Source of the DNA: Octopus sinensis
Lineage: Eukaryota
NCBI RefSeq assembly: GCF_006345805.1
Contig: NC_042998.1
Span: forward strand, 143,778,001 to 143,842,000
DNA length: 64,000 nt
Direction: 5' to 3'
Shown: piece by piece, positions 11,061-23,499 of the stretch
Layout: every line of letters starts with the position of its first letter
Numbering within the stretch: the stretch's first letter is position 1
Notes under the pieces: model-generated
What the model was told of the DNA's origin: nothing
The model's input: the letters and a program-made list of their open reading frames with translations, nothing else
Database searches by the model: none
Made by a program: the position numbers and the translations under genes

Positions 11061-11269
11061 ACTCTACCCAACCCCCAGCCGAACCCACACCCCACCCCTG
11101 CTTTCCCACCTCTCCACAACATCACACCACACCACACTACACCATACATTACACATCACATCACCACACACCACCCACACACCCATCCCCACATCTTCAC
11201 ACCTACACACCGCACACGTCCAGACCACCAGCCCTCTTTCACACGCACATAATACTCTCTTATACACAC

Positions 11270-11551
11270 AAGCACCTTTGTGTTGAGGGTCAGCTTTACC
11301 TTGTTATCTCCCCTACTTTCCTCCTCGTGTTTGACCCTTCTGTCCGGCACTAGTCGCCATGATAGATCGTTCGCCACTACACACACTTCTTTTCTCTCCT
11401 TGTTTCTCTCGTTTTTTCTGTGTCCCTTTCTGTAGAAGAGCTTAGGCTCGAAACGTAAAAGACTTTTTCTATTCTTGAGCGTTATACCAATACATCTGTT
11501 TGTTTTGTACGCCACCTGTCTTCGTCTTTTGTTTTTTTCCTAAACTCTCCC

Positions 11552-11552
<1 letters not shown>
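11270..11552 (+). mobile_element. Penelope-type 3' terminal repeat downstream of the RT fragment
   Basis: Same family as 23085, 45852, 58428 and 59137. Copies end ...CTCCC or similar, followed by TATATA. Confidence 0.75.
11426..11461 (+). ncRNA. Minimal type I hammerhead with A6-to-U core (CUGUAGA)
   Basis: CUUU-CUGUAGA-A-GAGC(UUAG)GCUC-GAAAC-GUA/AAAG. Confidence 0.65.
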
Positions 11553-11599
<47 letters not shown>

Positions 11600-11634
11600 T
11601 GTGTAGCATGGAAAGCGGATGTTAAACGATGATG

Positions 11635-11693
<59 letters not shown>

Positions 11694-11712
11694 GTATGTA
11701 TATATAAAATTA

Positions 11713-11998
11713 CGGGGTGAGCGCGAACGCAGACCCCACACTTAGAAAATAGCGCACCCGAGTCACCTACATTTGGGGCGATCGCAAAGGTCAACCCAAC
11801 CGGAGTGCAATGGAAGGGCCTCACTTTGGGAGAACCACCTTAATGATCACAGGAGTAAACCATGATCATCAAGGTGGTTCTCCAAAGTGAGGCCCTTCCA
11901 TTGCACACCGGTTGGGTTGACCTTTGCGATCGCTCCAAATGTGGGCGACTCGGGTGTGCTATTTCTAAGTGTGGGGTCTACGTTCGCGCTCACCCCCG
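11713..11998. mobile_element. Foldback MITE, about 135-bp arms, TA-flanked (Tc1/mariner-like ends)
   Basis: TA|CGGGGTGAGCGCG ... CGCGCTCACCCCCG|TA. The arms are complementary almost to the centre, with a spacer of about 13 bp. Confidence 0.8.
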
Positions 11999-12005
11999 TA
12001 ATTAA

Positions 12006-12063
<58 letters not shown>

Positions 12064-12189
12064 ATATATATACTTATCATCATACACAAACACTCATGTG
12101 TGAGTGTATACATTCCCTAATGCTACAGGTACAGAAGCCAAGTCTTTTATCATGCTTACCTTTCTTCATCAATTGCTTCACCTGCTACA

Positions 12190-12290
12190 GACATTCATGA
12201 TCGACATCAGGTACCCCAAATACCTTTGATCTCTTTCTCACCTCCCAATCTAACTTGTACCAAACACCCAAAACTGTCTCTGCAACTATC
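12190..12290 (+). pseudogene. Possible LINE endonuclease scrap
   Basis: GTPNTFDLFLTSQSNLY resembles the TLDLFLT motif of EEP domains. It is short and contains a stop. Confidence 0.35.
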
Positions 12291-12519
12291 ATGTCACCCA
12301 GCTGCTACCTCCTTGCCATCATCCAACACACATCCACATACCCCACAACACCAACTACACCTGCACCCTATGGTACCTTGAGTCACTTCAGAGTCAGAGC
12401 TCCACCAGTTTTATGTCATCCACACCTGGCAATGTGTACTTCATTCCTGAACCGTCAGAAACAGCTAGTGAGGTGACTGAAACTGTCCCACCACATCTCA
12501 GTCCTCATCGTCCTCATCG

Positions 12520-12710
12520 TCGTTGTCATCACCATCGTAATCATTGTCATCATGATCGTCGTCGTCGTCATCATCATCATCTTCTACGTCGTCATCTCAT
12601 CATCATTGTCATCATCATGGTCGTCATGTCGCCATCATCATTATCATCCCCTTCGTCGTCATCGTCACCATCATCATCATCATCATTACCACCATCACCA
12701 TCATCATTAT
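12520..12710. repeat. Degenerate (CAT/CGT)n trinucleotide repeat
   Basis: Visible directly. It explains the poly-H, poly-S and poly-D ORFs. Confidence 0.9.
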
Positions 12711-13239
12711 AATCTCGGTCTTTATATATGTGCGCGGGTGTGCGCATGCGCGTCCCTTCCACTAACGTCCGTGTTTCCATTCTAGTGCAATTGCACGGCA
12801 ATCTATTTTAGGCATGATATTATGACCGGATGCTCCTCTGAATCATGATTTTCCGGGGAAGGTCAGGTACTTGAAATAAGACCTGACTATAGTTTCTCTG
12901 TTCTCACATACACCACCCTCACATGTGTGTGTGTGTTCTCTTCCAAGATGGAGACGAGTACCAACGTTCCCATGTGACAGGTTTGATAATTGTGCAGAGA
13001 ATTCTCTCTACATGAAACCATTGGTAGCATTGTTAACCCACAGAAAAATAAAATAATATATATATGTGTGTGTGTGTACATATATATATATGCATGTATA
13101 CACACACACATACACGACGGGTTTCATCTACCAAATTCACAACAAAGCTTTGGCTGGTCTGGGTTATAGTAGATGACACTTGCCCATGGTGCCACGCAGT
13201 GAGAATGAACCCAAAACTGCGTCTATAGTTTCCAAAATG

Positions 13240-13800
13240 GTTAACTGTTGACAAGTTTTGAATCCCTACAACAGCTGCATAAAGCTCTTACAAATTCATT
13301 GCCCGATGGTTCATGCTTAGACTTTAAATACAACATTTATGCCTCTGCTGCCAATATTTTGGGTTCCAAATACGAAGATTGGTTCGCTAATTTATCTCAA
13401 AAATATCAGATATTCGAGACATCGAGATTAATTTTCACTTGAAACTGCTCGTTCCTAATTTACCTAGTGGAAAACGTCTGAAGATAGATGAATTGATGAA
13501 TTACCGTAAATTAGCTTTGCAGAGAGAGCTGAAGACCATGAAGAGTGCATGGTGACTAAGCATTCTCAGATATTCAACTGGCCTGCGATAAAAAAGAAAA
13601 AGAACTAAAGTATTACAGAATTTCTTAAAACAGATATTTGGTCATCACCAATCGCTTACTACTTCTTTCTGATCCAATCACCTACTGCCTTTTTTCAGAA
13701 TCACTTTAATTAGTGATTCTGAAAGTATTCTGAAGAGATGTTTAGAGAATTGCAAAGATCTTTTCCCCAAGCCATCTCCAGAAAATGAAGATCCTATAAA
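13240..13800 (+). pseudogene. Decayed RTE linker region
   Basis: ILGSKYEDWF, LQRELKTMKSAW and ISDSESILKRC resemble the RTE endonuclease-RT linker. Confidence 0.5.
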
Positions 13801-14489
13801 AACCTAGACCAGCGCGATGTTATAGAAAAAAATGGATTATGGTCCCAACTTAGGTTTTTGTGCTTTTAATGAAAATGGATTCACCGTTTTTGTACTTTCA
13901 AGGAAAATGGATTTTTAACACGACAGTTGATGAGCATAGTTTTGGACACAAAGACCGCAGTGTGCTCCGTTGGTTTTGTACGTATATATGTATATAAGTA
14001 TCCAGTGTTGGTCTTCTAATATATGATCTTTCATGGACAAGACCGGCTTTTGAAAGTATAACGTGGCCACAAGTAGTGCAAGTGAGATCAGCTCTGAAAC
14101 TTCAATCATACATAACTTCACACCCTGCAGATTTCGGGCCTATTTAATGAGCAATTTGATTTTTCTTAAACTGCAGGCTAATCTTCTTATGTAAAAACCA
14201 TCATACGCTACTGTTCAATGTGCAATGTTCCAAAATATCAGTTTAAGTACTTAAGGTTGTATTTTGTGAACTCATGAAATCTCTTTTTGCTGGGAACGCC
14301 TATATAAAAGTAATTACTTCGGAAGTCTGAAACTATCAAGATAGATGACGTAACAAACTCATGGAATTCTTACCTTCTCGTTTTTCTGCATATTGCTCAC
14401 AGCCGTTTCTTTGTCTGTAGCCTTCCTTCCTTCTTACTAATATTTTAGGTTTTGCATCCACGTTTGAAATTTTTTCTCTAATTCTACTA

Positions 14490-15480
14490 CATATTTAGTT
14501 ATAAGAAGTAGTTAGTCAGCATACAAGAGTAACCATTGATAGCCAGCTTTAAACGCCTCTGTTATGGCCTGGAAGACAATGATAAGCAGAAGACTGAGAA
14601 CTGCGCCCTGGCGGATTCCAACCTTCACGCTAAATTCATCGCTGTGTAACAAAAGTGATTTACACTGTCATTATATGTAAGATGTTTTTGTTTTGATTCA
14701 TCTAGGCTTAAATACCCCAATATCGGCTCAATAAGTCTTTTCGTTCCAGCAGGTCACATGACCTCGTTGATTAAACGAACCTATCGTTTGTATTGGTCAC
14801 TTTCCCGCCGTCCAGTCTTGTTGGCACAAGTTTGTTTTTCCTTACGCGGGAAATTACTCACCACCTCTGGGAGCCTACTGATCTCTATAAGAACAGCAGT
14901 TCTCGACCGCTCTAGGTCTTTGGCACTCAGCACTGACCACACGCAACTCGTCTCCGGCAATGATGTATCTGACATCAGCCAGTCTCCGCTTTCGTCTTCT
15001 CCACCAGACGCCTGTCTACATCGTGTATTGTATGAAGACTACACAACCAACAGACCAACGGCTGCCTCTACACACCACCAAACTGTACGTCAACTATGTC
15101 TACGAGATCAACAGTCCAGCTTAACCACGAAATCTTTCACACATCTTTGTTGTGACCTGCTGTTATTTTATTTCATTTATGGCAATCATTGTATTTTATA
15201 ACGGAGAATAAATTGTCGCTTACCAGTTCATTTCATCCCAAGTTATATATCCTTTCCACATTTCCCTCATTTAACATCTTCGTTATAGCTGTATTCATTA
15301 TTTGCTCTCCTCTTACTGACTACACCTCTGTACATGGCTCGCACAGACCTCACTAGATATTTACCTACCCCTGTCGTCTTTACAAACTGTGTCCCTTTGT
15401 TGAAGCTCTTCTTTAGGCCGATAAATGCTAGGTATAGCTGTTTACTCCTAGCTAAGCACTCCTTTGCGATCGTCTCACTA
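14490..15480 (-). pseudogene. Fragmented RTE reverse transcriptase
   Basis: KQLYLAFIGLKKSF...YLVRSVRAMYR at 15270-15480 and FSVKVGIRQGAVLS...AITEAFK...LLYAD at 14490-14640. Confidence 0.7.
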
Positions 15481-16297
15481 GAAAGAGAGTACAGTGGTAC
15501 TTCTTTCACACATAAATCCTAACAGCATCTCATCTAGACTAATTCTCTCGCTTGCACCCCATACATTCTGCTATTTTCCTTTCTGTAACCACCAATTTGT
15601 GACGCCCTCGTCATCAAACCATTTGTTTTTGACAGCCATTGATCACTTTTACCAATACCCACTCCTATTACGATCTCTCTCTCTCTCCACACACACACAC
15701 ACACACACACACTTTCGCTATAAAACACGCCATTTCTACCATGATTCTTTTGCTCACTTCACCCACCTCATCCTGGTTCTTCTGTCATCGCTCTGCCTTC
15801 TGTTCATACCTTAGATCACAATGTCTTCACCGAATATACAGAGCAAAGAGTGGAGAGAACTCTAATTTTTATGAAGTACAAACCTCCGCATTAGTTGTAA
15901 CCCAAGATACTCTGTAAAGTATTTGGGCGAACCAGAGGTTACTGTGTGGTGACAAGTGAACCTTTTAGTCATATTATGGTCGTAACAACTGCTATAGTTG
16001 TGCCGTCAAGATAAAGTAGACTCCCTGTGCTCTAGAAAGCGTTAGTGAGAGACGGGGTATCCAGCCACAGAAACCAATAGAAAAGAAAATATACGAGCGA
16101 GACGGAGTCCTCCACCTCGTCAAGAATGGCAATAACTCTAACTCCAAATGAGAAATGACCAGGCCTGTGGTGTCCCACCTGACATATATATAGAAAGAGT
16201 AAGTCCGGGCAAGTTTGCTTATGGAAAACCAGTAGTCGCTCATGCATACCACCCTCCCCCTCTCCATGCCACCGATGGTATTCCAGGGAAAGGCAAA

Positions 16298-16458
16298 CAA
16301 GCGCGGTTCCAGGAATTTTTCGAAAAGGGGGCACAAGATCAGAAGGGAATACAATTCTAAGAGACAAAGGCGCAATAACATTATTTAGAAGGGCGCACTT
16401 CATTTCTTGAGGTGAGCACGTGCCTCTCAGCCACCACCCCCTCCTGGGTCCGCCCATG
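16298..16458. mobile_element. Small hAT-like MITE inserted in a SINE tail
   Basis: The ends CAAGCGCGGTTCCAGG and CCTGGGTCCGCCCATG are imperfect inverted repeats. GGCAAA occurs on both flanks. Confidence 0.45.
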
Positions 16459-16575
16459 GCAAAAGCCGATACAGCTTGGCACCAGTAAAGCCGCAACTCA
16501 TTCCTACAGCTGAGTGAACTGGAGTAACAAGCCGCGCGCGCGCACACACACAAGTATATGTATGTATGTATGTAT

Positions 16576-16607
<32 letters not shown>

Positions 16608-16911
16608 CTTATGATAAAAGGCAGATTTTCTCTGCATGTTCCCATGATCCTTTTTAATACAATTCTATAATATAGAATTTCTTCAATTAGAATTTACCTA
16701 TGATTATTCGAAGTAGATTCGATTCGGTCATGGCATATAAATTTCTTTCAATTTGAAAAATTTGAAAAAACTCAATATTTTACGATTTCCCTCTCTCACT
16801 TCAAAGGCTTTACTCCGCCTATTACCACACTTTCTCTTTACACACATAGACACGCAAACATATACATATATGACAGTGTCAATTGTTGAAAGAAAATTGT
16901 AAGCTAAGAAG

Positions 16912-16942
<31 letters not shown>

Positions 16943-17113
16943 CGTGTGTGTGTGTGTGTGTCTGTGTGTATGTGTGTGTGTGTGTGTGTGTAGGAAGTGA
17001 AGGATAAAAATATGGCAAGAAGTGGACAGATGTACATATATACATACATACATCCATACATACATAGATGTGTGTGTGTGTGTGTATGTATGTGTATTAA
17101 TGCGTGTGTGTTA

Positions 17114-17503
17114 TCTCTCTATATAAAGCTGAAGTTGTCTGTGTGCGCCAGGTTTGGTAACCTTCAACTAACACTATCTCCTCCGAGACCCTGCGGCACA
17201 AGTTGACCAAAATTGAGAGTATGATAGAAGGGTTGCTCTTCCTTCCGTAGAAGATAAAATTCAAATCGGACCATGTTAACACCAAAAATTATTTACATCA
17301 AAAAGGTGTTTTTTTCTATGAAAATCCCTATTTTTTACGATTTTATCACTGCTGTGTCGCCACTTTTCAGTGTATTTCAACCAGAAAAATGTTCACTACA
17401 TAATGCAAAATGTTCAGCTACATAATGCAAAATTTTTATTTTTCAAAAATTTTAATTCCAGCGGGTCGAAACAAACCCGAGCAACGCCGGGCGATACTGC
17501 TAG
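17114..17503 (+). mobile_element. Non-autonomous Helitron
   Basis: A|TC 5' end, subterminal hairpin CCCGAGCAACGCCGGG, and CTAG|T 3' end. Confidence 0.8.
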
Positions 17504-17557
<54 letters not shown>

Positions 17558-17866
17558 AGCGAGGTATAAATCTCTGAAGGGCAAGCGAGTAAGTACTTAC
17601 ATGCATGCATACATACATACATACATACATACATACATACATACATACATACATACATACATAATGCATGCATACACAACATCATACGTACATATCTATA
17701 TATTATATATATTATATATATATATATATAATATATATATATATAATATATATATATTATACATTCATAAATGAAGGTGAAAAATTAGATATTAATTTAA
17801 TAATACCATCAGTTAACACCAAGTGGCTTAGCACATAAAAAAAAACAGGGAAACAATACAAATTTA

Positions 17867-18104
17867 TACGTAAATATAAGAGAGTTACCGTTAAGTGGTT
17901 AACTCTAGTGCTAGAATAGCTCCTTATTTGTATAGCCACCGAAGTTGTTTCCACAAAAGAAATAACATTACCTCCAACGTATGGAAAGCGAAATACAACG
18001 AAAAGATAAATTAATGCTGAACAACTTCGGTGGCTATACCAGAATAAGGAGCTATTTCTAGCACTAGAGTTAACCACTTAACGGTACTCTCTTATATTTA
18101 CGTA
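17867..18104. mobile_element. MITE with about 83-bp terminal inverted repeats
   Basis: TACGTAAATATAAGAGAG...GAAGTTGTT (17867-17949) is mirrored at 18019-18104. Confidence 0.75.
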
Positions 18105-18202
<98 letters not shown>

Positions 18203-18569
18203 ATGTATGTATGTAAGTATATATATACACACACACATAATATATATAGTGCGTGTGCGCGTATTTGTCTATATTTATATCTATATATGAATCTGTATCT
18301 GCATAAGCTACTGACTTTGGCTGAAAAGAGAGGATGTGCAAAGGCTTGAAGAATATTGAGCGAAGTCTAGTAACAAGTTGATTTAGCAAGCGGGGCCTCA
18401 TATCAGTGAGAGGCACCGGTGTACAATAATGCCGCCAAGAGGTGGGTCCCCAAAACAGAGCGCATTCTTCCCTGACGACGCCATAGGCATGCTAGTCTCT
18501 AATATGCGGGGCTTTCAACTGGTAGCACTGGTATCTGGAAGTTGTTTGTGTGTGTGTGTGTGTTTGTGT

Positions 18570-18965
18570 GTTCCTTTATTCTTTTACTTGTTTCAGTCAT
18601 TTGACTGTGGCCATGTTGTAGCACTGCCCTGAAGGGTTTTAGTCAAACAAGTCGACCGTAGGACATTTTTAAAAGCCTAATACTTATTCTGTTGGACTCT
18701 TCTGCCGAACCACTAAGCTACGGGGACAAATACACCAGTGCCATTCGTCAAGCGGTGATGGGGCAACAAACACATACACAAAAACACACACACATACATA
18801 TACATATATATACGACTGGCTTCTTTCAGTTTCCGTCTACCAAATCCACACACAAGGCTTTGGTCGGCCCATGGATATAGTAGAAGACACATGCCCAAGC
18901 TGTCACGCAGTGGGATTGAATCCGAAACCGTGTGGTTGGGAAGCAAGCTTCTTACCACCCAGCCA
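18570..18965 (-). mobile_element. Near full-length SINE (3902 family)
   Basis: Reverse complement of head, body and tail. Confidence 0.8.
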
Positions 18966-18969
18966 CGCT

Positions 18970-19001
<32 letters not shown>

Positions 19002-19029
19002 TGTATGTATGTATGTATGTAGTAAAAAA

Positions 19030-19257
19030 AAAAAAACGAAGAACAAACACAAGAAAAAACAACGCGAGGACGTGGTACATGCAAATGAAATGCATATATG
19101 GGTACAGAACGTCACAAAGTGCGTAAACAACATGAAATACGTAAATAAACGAGTTAATACGCAAAGAACGAGACAAAAAATGGAAAACAGGACAAGTAAA
19201 TACAGAGAAATGACTCGTCATCAGTTGTCGGCTGTCTATCCACTCCTCATTTCGAGT
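19030..19257 (-). mobile_element. Penelope-type terminal-repeat-like piece with GAAA-before-CUGAUGA motif
   Basis: ACUC-GAAA-25nt-CUGAUGA-C-GAGU, followed by a U-rich body resembling the 8-kb copies. Confidence 0.5.
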
Positions 19258-19319
19258 ATTATTTATAATATATATATATATATATTATATATATATATAT
19301 ATAATATATATATATATAT

Positions 19320-19535
19320 GGCGACTGAAGAAGGGATTTTCCTTGTGTTATTTGTCCTGTACTCTATTTTGTTGTTGTTTAAGAAAAATGTCCAGTTCCT
19401 TGGGTTTGTGTCTATGTTTTCGTTTCTCATTGTGTTCGAGTTTTTTGTGTTCTGTATTCATATATGCGTGTATATATACATGTAGAGGTAGGTACGTACA
19501 TATTTGTATATATATGCATAGTTTTTATTTATTAA
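19320..19535 (+). mobile_element. 5'-truncated copy of the permuted-hammerhead element (CUGAAGA subfamily)
   Basis: GGCGA-CTGAAGA-AGGGATTTT, with a body homologous to 23545-23765. Confidence 0.65.
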
Positions 19536-19794
19536 TATATATATTATATATAATATATATTATATATATAAGAAAACTGAATGTCCCAGACCAGGTAAGA
19601 CAACGTACCCTGAGCAGAGCAAGAATGGCGGATATCGATATTTCGCTATTATTGTGGTTCCTCGAGATGAAATGAATCACATCTGGGACATATATGCAAA
19701 TAGTGAGAAGTCTATTTGCTGATGTGCTGTGGCGTAGCACGCGTGAAATAAAATTAAATTTGGAATGAAACTAGCTGTAATAATTATAATAATA

Positions 19795-19935
19795 ATAATA
19801 ATCCTTTCTACGGCAGGCATAAGGCCTTAAATTTGGCGGGAGGGGACTAGTCGATTATTTCGTCCCCAGTGTTTCCCTGGCACTTAATTTATCGACCACA
19901 AAAGGATGAAAGGCAAAGTCGACCTCGGGCGAAAT
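19795..19935 (+). mobile_element. Fragment of a common short interspersed repeat (also 62745-62930, 49880-50060, 59920-60000)
   Basis: Shared AAGGATGAAAGGCAAAGTCGACCTCGG core. Confidence 0.65.
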
Positions 19936-19984
19936 ATTAGATTTATATATATGTATATATATTATCTCTCTCTCTCGATAATTA

Positions 19985-20038
<54 letters not shown>

Positions 20039-20123
20039 TATATATATACTATGTGTGTGTGTTGTGTGTATGCACGTGTGTGTGTAGTGTGTTTATGTAA
20101 ATATGTACGTATACGCATATTAC

Positions 20124-20252
20124 CTCAATTGCCATAAATATGCTCCACTTTTCTTCGCTTATGGTTAAGTGTCTCGTCTGATGGAGAGAAAGTAAAACAA
20201 CAGCTATGCTGATGATGACCATTAAGACAGAAACACATGTCCCCATTGCCAT
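20124..20252 (-). CDS. Candidate coding exon, signal-peptide/TM-like N-terminus (MAMGTCVSVLMVIISIAVVLLSL...MAIE)
   Basis: 43 open codons from ATG, a hydrophobic stretch, and an ending GAG|GTAATA in non-repetitive sequence. I recognise no homology. Confidence 0.25.
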
Positions 20253-20860
20253 CAAGCGATTGTTCTACCTTCTCTTGAAGCAGAGATAATTTCAATCAAA
20301 TCCACAATTTATATTTTATGCTATTTATTATATCATTATCCATCTTTGTTCATTAAATACGTGTCGCTGGCTACTGTGAGATAGTTCCGCTAGTTCCTTT
20401 TCGTTATATGTGTGTGTGCGTGTTCTCACACACACACACAAATATGCATATGTATATAAATATATATTTTTTTATACATATATCCATATTTGAGTGTGTG
20501 TGTGTATACATACGTACGTACATGCATACATATATATATATATGTAATCTGTTTCAGCCATTTGACTGTGACCATGCTGGGGCATTGCCTTGAAGGATTT
20601 TGAGTTGAACAAATCGACCCCAGAGTACTTATTTTCTTTTTAAGCTAGGTACTTATTCTATCTCCCTTTATTAAAGTGGTAAATTTTGTATTTTATTTAT
20701 TATTCTTAATATCATTGAAGAAAGTAATGTCTGACATAAAGTGGGTATCGTCAAAGTCATCATCATTATTATGACTATTATTATTTTGGTTATTGAATTT
20801 AGAATTGATTTCATCATGTATATATATTATTATATATATATATGTATGTATATATATATG

Positions 20861-20892
<32 letters not shown>

Positions 20893-20946
20893 TATATATG
20901 TATGTATATATATATATATATAGTATGTATATATATATATATGTAT

Positions 20947-21061
<115 letters not shown>

Positions 21062-21090
21062 GCGAGAATGAAGCAACAAGAATGGATAGG

Positions 21091-21178
21091 TTTAGTACAA
21101 TCGTTTCATACAAGGACAGGCTTTATTAAAGTTGTAAAAATTACAGCATATAAACGTGTCCCGTACTCATCAGCTAAA
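21091..21178 (-). ncRNA. Type I hammerhead with canonical core and long stem II
   Basis: UUUAG-CUGAUGA-GUACGGGACA...UGUCCUUGUAU-GAAAC-GAUU-GUA/CUAAA. Stem I is 5 bp and stem II is about 10 bp with one bulge. Confidence 0.7.
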
Positions 21179-21268
21179 ATACATGTGAGTCTCTAGACAT
21201 CCTAGTGGTTCATTTAAATTAACTTGAATCTTTATTGCCTTTTGTATATATATATATATATATGTATG

Positions 21269-21301
<33 letters not shown>

Positions 21302-21304
21302 GTG

Positions 21305-21335
<31 letters not shown>

Positions 21336-21499
21336 GTACATATATATATATATGTTATATATATATGTATATGTATATGTATATATATATGTATATATAA
21401 TATGTATATATATATATATGTATATATATATGTATATATATATATATATATATGTATATTATATGTTTATATATATATATATATGTATATATAATATGT

Positions 21500-21546
<47 letters not shown>

Positions 21547-21634
21547 TATATATGTATTATAGGTATATTATAATATATATATATATATATATTATGTATA
21601 TATTATATATATACATATATATATATATACATAC

Positions 21635-21665
<31 letters not shown>

Positions 21666-21890
21666 ATATACATATACATATATATATAATATATATACCT
21701 ATATATATATATATATATATACATATATATATGTATTATATATATATGTTTATTTGTATATATATATATATATATTATATATATGTTATATATATATATA
21801 TAATGTATATATATATGTATATATATATAATGTTTTCTATATATATATGTTATATATATATGTATTATATATAATATATATACATATATA

Positions 21891-21923
<33 letters not shown>

Positions 21924-21963
21924 CTATATATAATATATACTATATTACATATACATATATATA

Positions 21964-22000
<37 letters not shown>

Positions 22001-22176
22001 TAGTATATATATTATATATTATTATACATATTATATAATATATGTATATAATATATATATTGTTTATATATGTTATATATATTATATAATGTCTATATAT
22101 ATATATGTAATATACATGTTTTATATATATATATATGTATATATATATGTATATATATATATATACATATATATAT

Positions 22177-22573
22177 AGGAGTGGCTGTGTGGTAAGTAGC
22201 TTGCTAACCAACCACATGGTTCCGGGTTCAGTCCCACTGCGTGGCATCTGAGGCAAGTGTCTTCTGCTATAGCCCCGGGCCGACCAATGCCTTGTGAGTG
22301 GATTTGGTAGACGGAAACTGAAAGAAGCCTGTCGTATATATGTATATATATATGTATGTGTGTGTGTGTGTGTTTGTGTTTGTCCCCCTAGCATTGCTTG
22401 ACCACCGATGCTGGTGTGTTTACGTCCCCGTCACTTAGCGGTTCGGCAAAAGAGACCGATAGAATAAGTACTGGGCTTACAAAGAATAGGTCCCGGGGTC
22501 GATTTGCTCGACTAAAGGTGGTGCTCCAGCATGGCCGCAGTCAAATGACTGAAACAAGTAAAAGAGTAAAGAG
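22177..22573 (+). mobile_element. Full-length SINE (3902 family), CpGs retained
   Basis: Complete head, body and AAGAGTAAA tail. Confidence 0.85.
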
Positions 22574-22612
22574 ATTATATATTATGTACATATATATACA
22601 TATTTATATATG

Positions 22613-22676
<64 letters not shown>

Positions 22677-23084
22677 ATATACACATATATATACATATAT
22701 ATATATTATGTATATATATACATATATATATGTATGTATATATATACACACACACACACATATATATATTATATATGTATATATACATACATATATATAT
22801 ATATGTATATTACATATATATATGTATGTCTATATATACATATATATATCTGTATATATATATATATACATACATATATATATATACATATATTCATATA
22901 TATGTATATATATATATATATGTATATTATACATATGTATATATACATATATATATGTATGTATATATATATGTATATATACATATATATGTATGTATAT
23001 ATATATATGTATATATACATATATATATGTTATGTATATATATATATGTATTATATATATATATGTATGTATACTCTATTTTCT

Positions 23085-23235
23085 CTCTCTTTTTATTTCT
23101 GTGTTCCTTTCTGTCGAAGAGCGCAGGCTCGAAACGTAAAAGACTTTCTCACTTCCCGAGCGTTTAACTAATACATCTCTTTTTTGTTTACACACCCGAG
23201 TTCGTCTTCTTTTTTTTTTGTTGTAAATTCTCACT
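23085..23235 (+). mobile_element. Penelope-type terminal repeat with hammerhead (CUGUCGA core, 23107-23142)
   Basis: CUUU-CUGUCGA-A-GAGC(GCAG)GCUC-GAAAC-GUA/AAAG. Confidence 0.7.
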
Positions 23236-23499
23236 ATATATGTATATATTCTTTTATTTTTTCACTTGTTTCTGTCATTTGACCTCCGCCATGGTGGAGC
23301 ACCGTCTTTAGTCGAACAAATCGACCCCGGGACCTATTCTTTGTAAGCCTGGTACTTATTCTATCAGTTACTTTTGCCGAACCCCTACGTTACAGGGACG
23401 TAAACACATCAACATCGCTTGTCAAGCGATTGTGGGGGACGAAGACAGACACACAAATATATACATGTATATACATTACATATATATATATATATATAT

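Noticed and set aside
18330-18560. Possible Helitron helicase fragment (DPPLGGIIV)
   Set aside because: The similarity is too short and the other motifs are absent.
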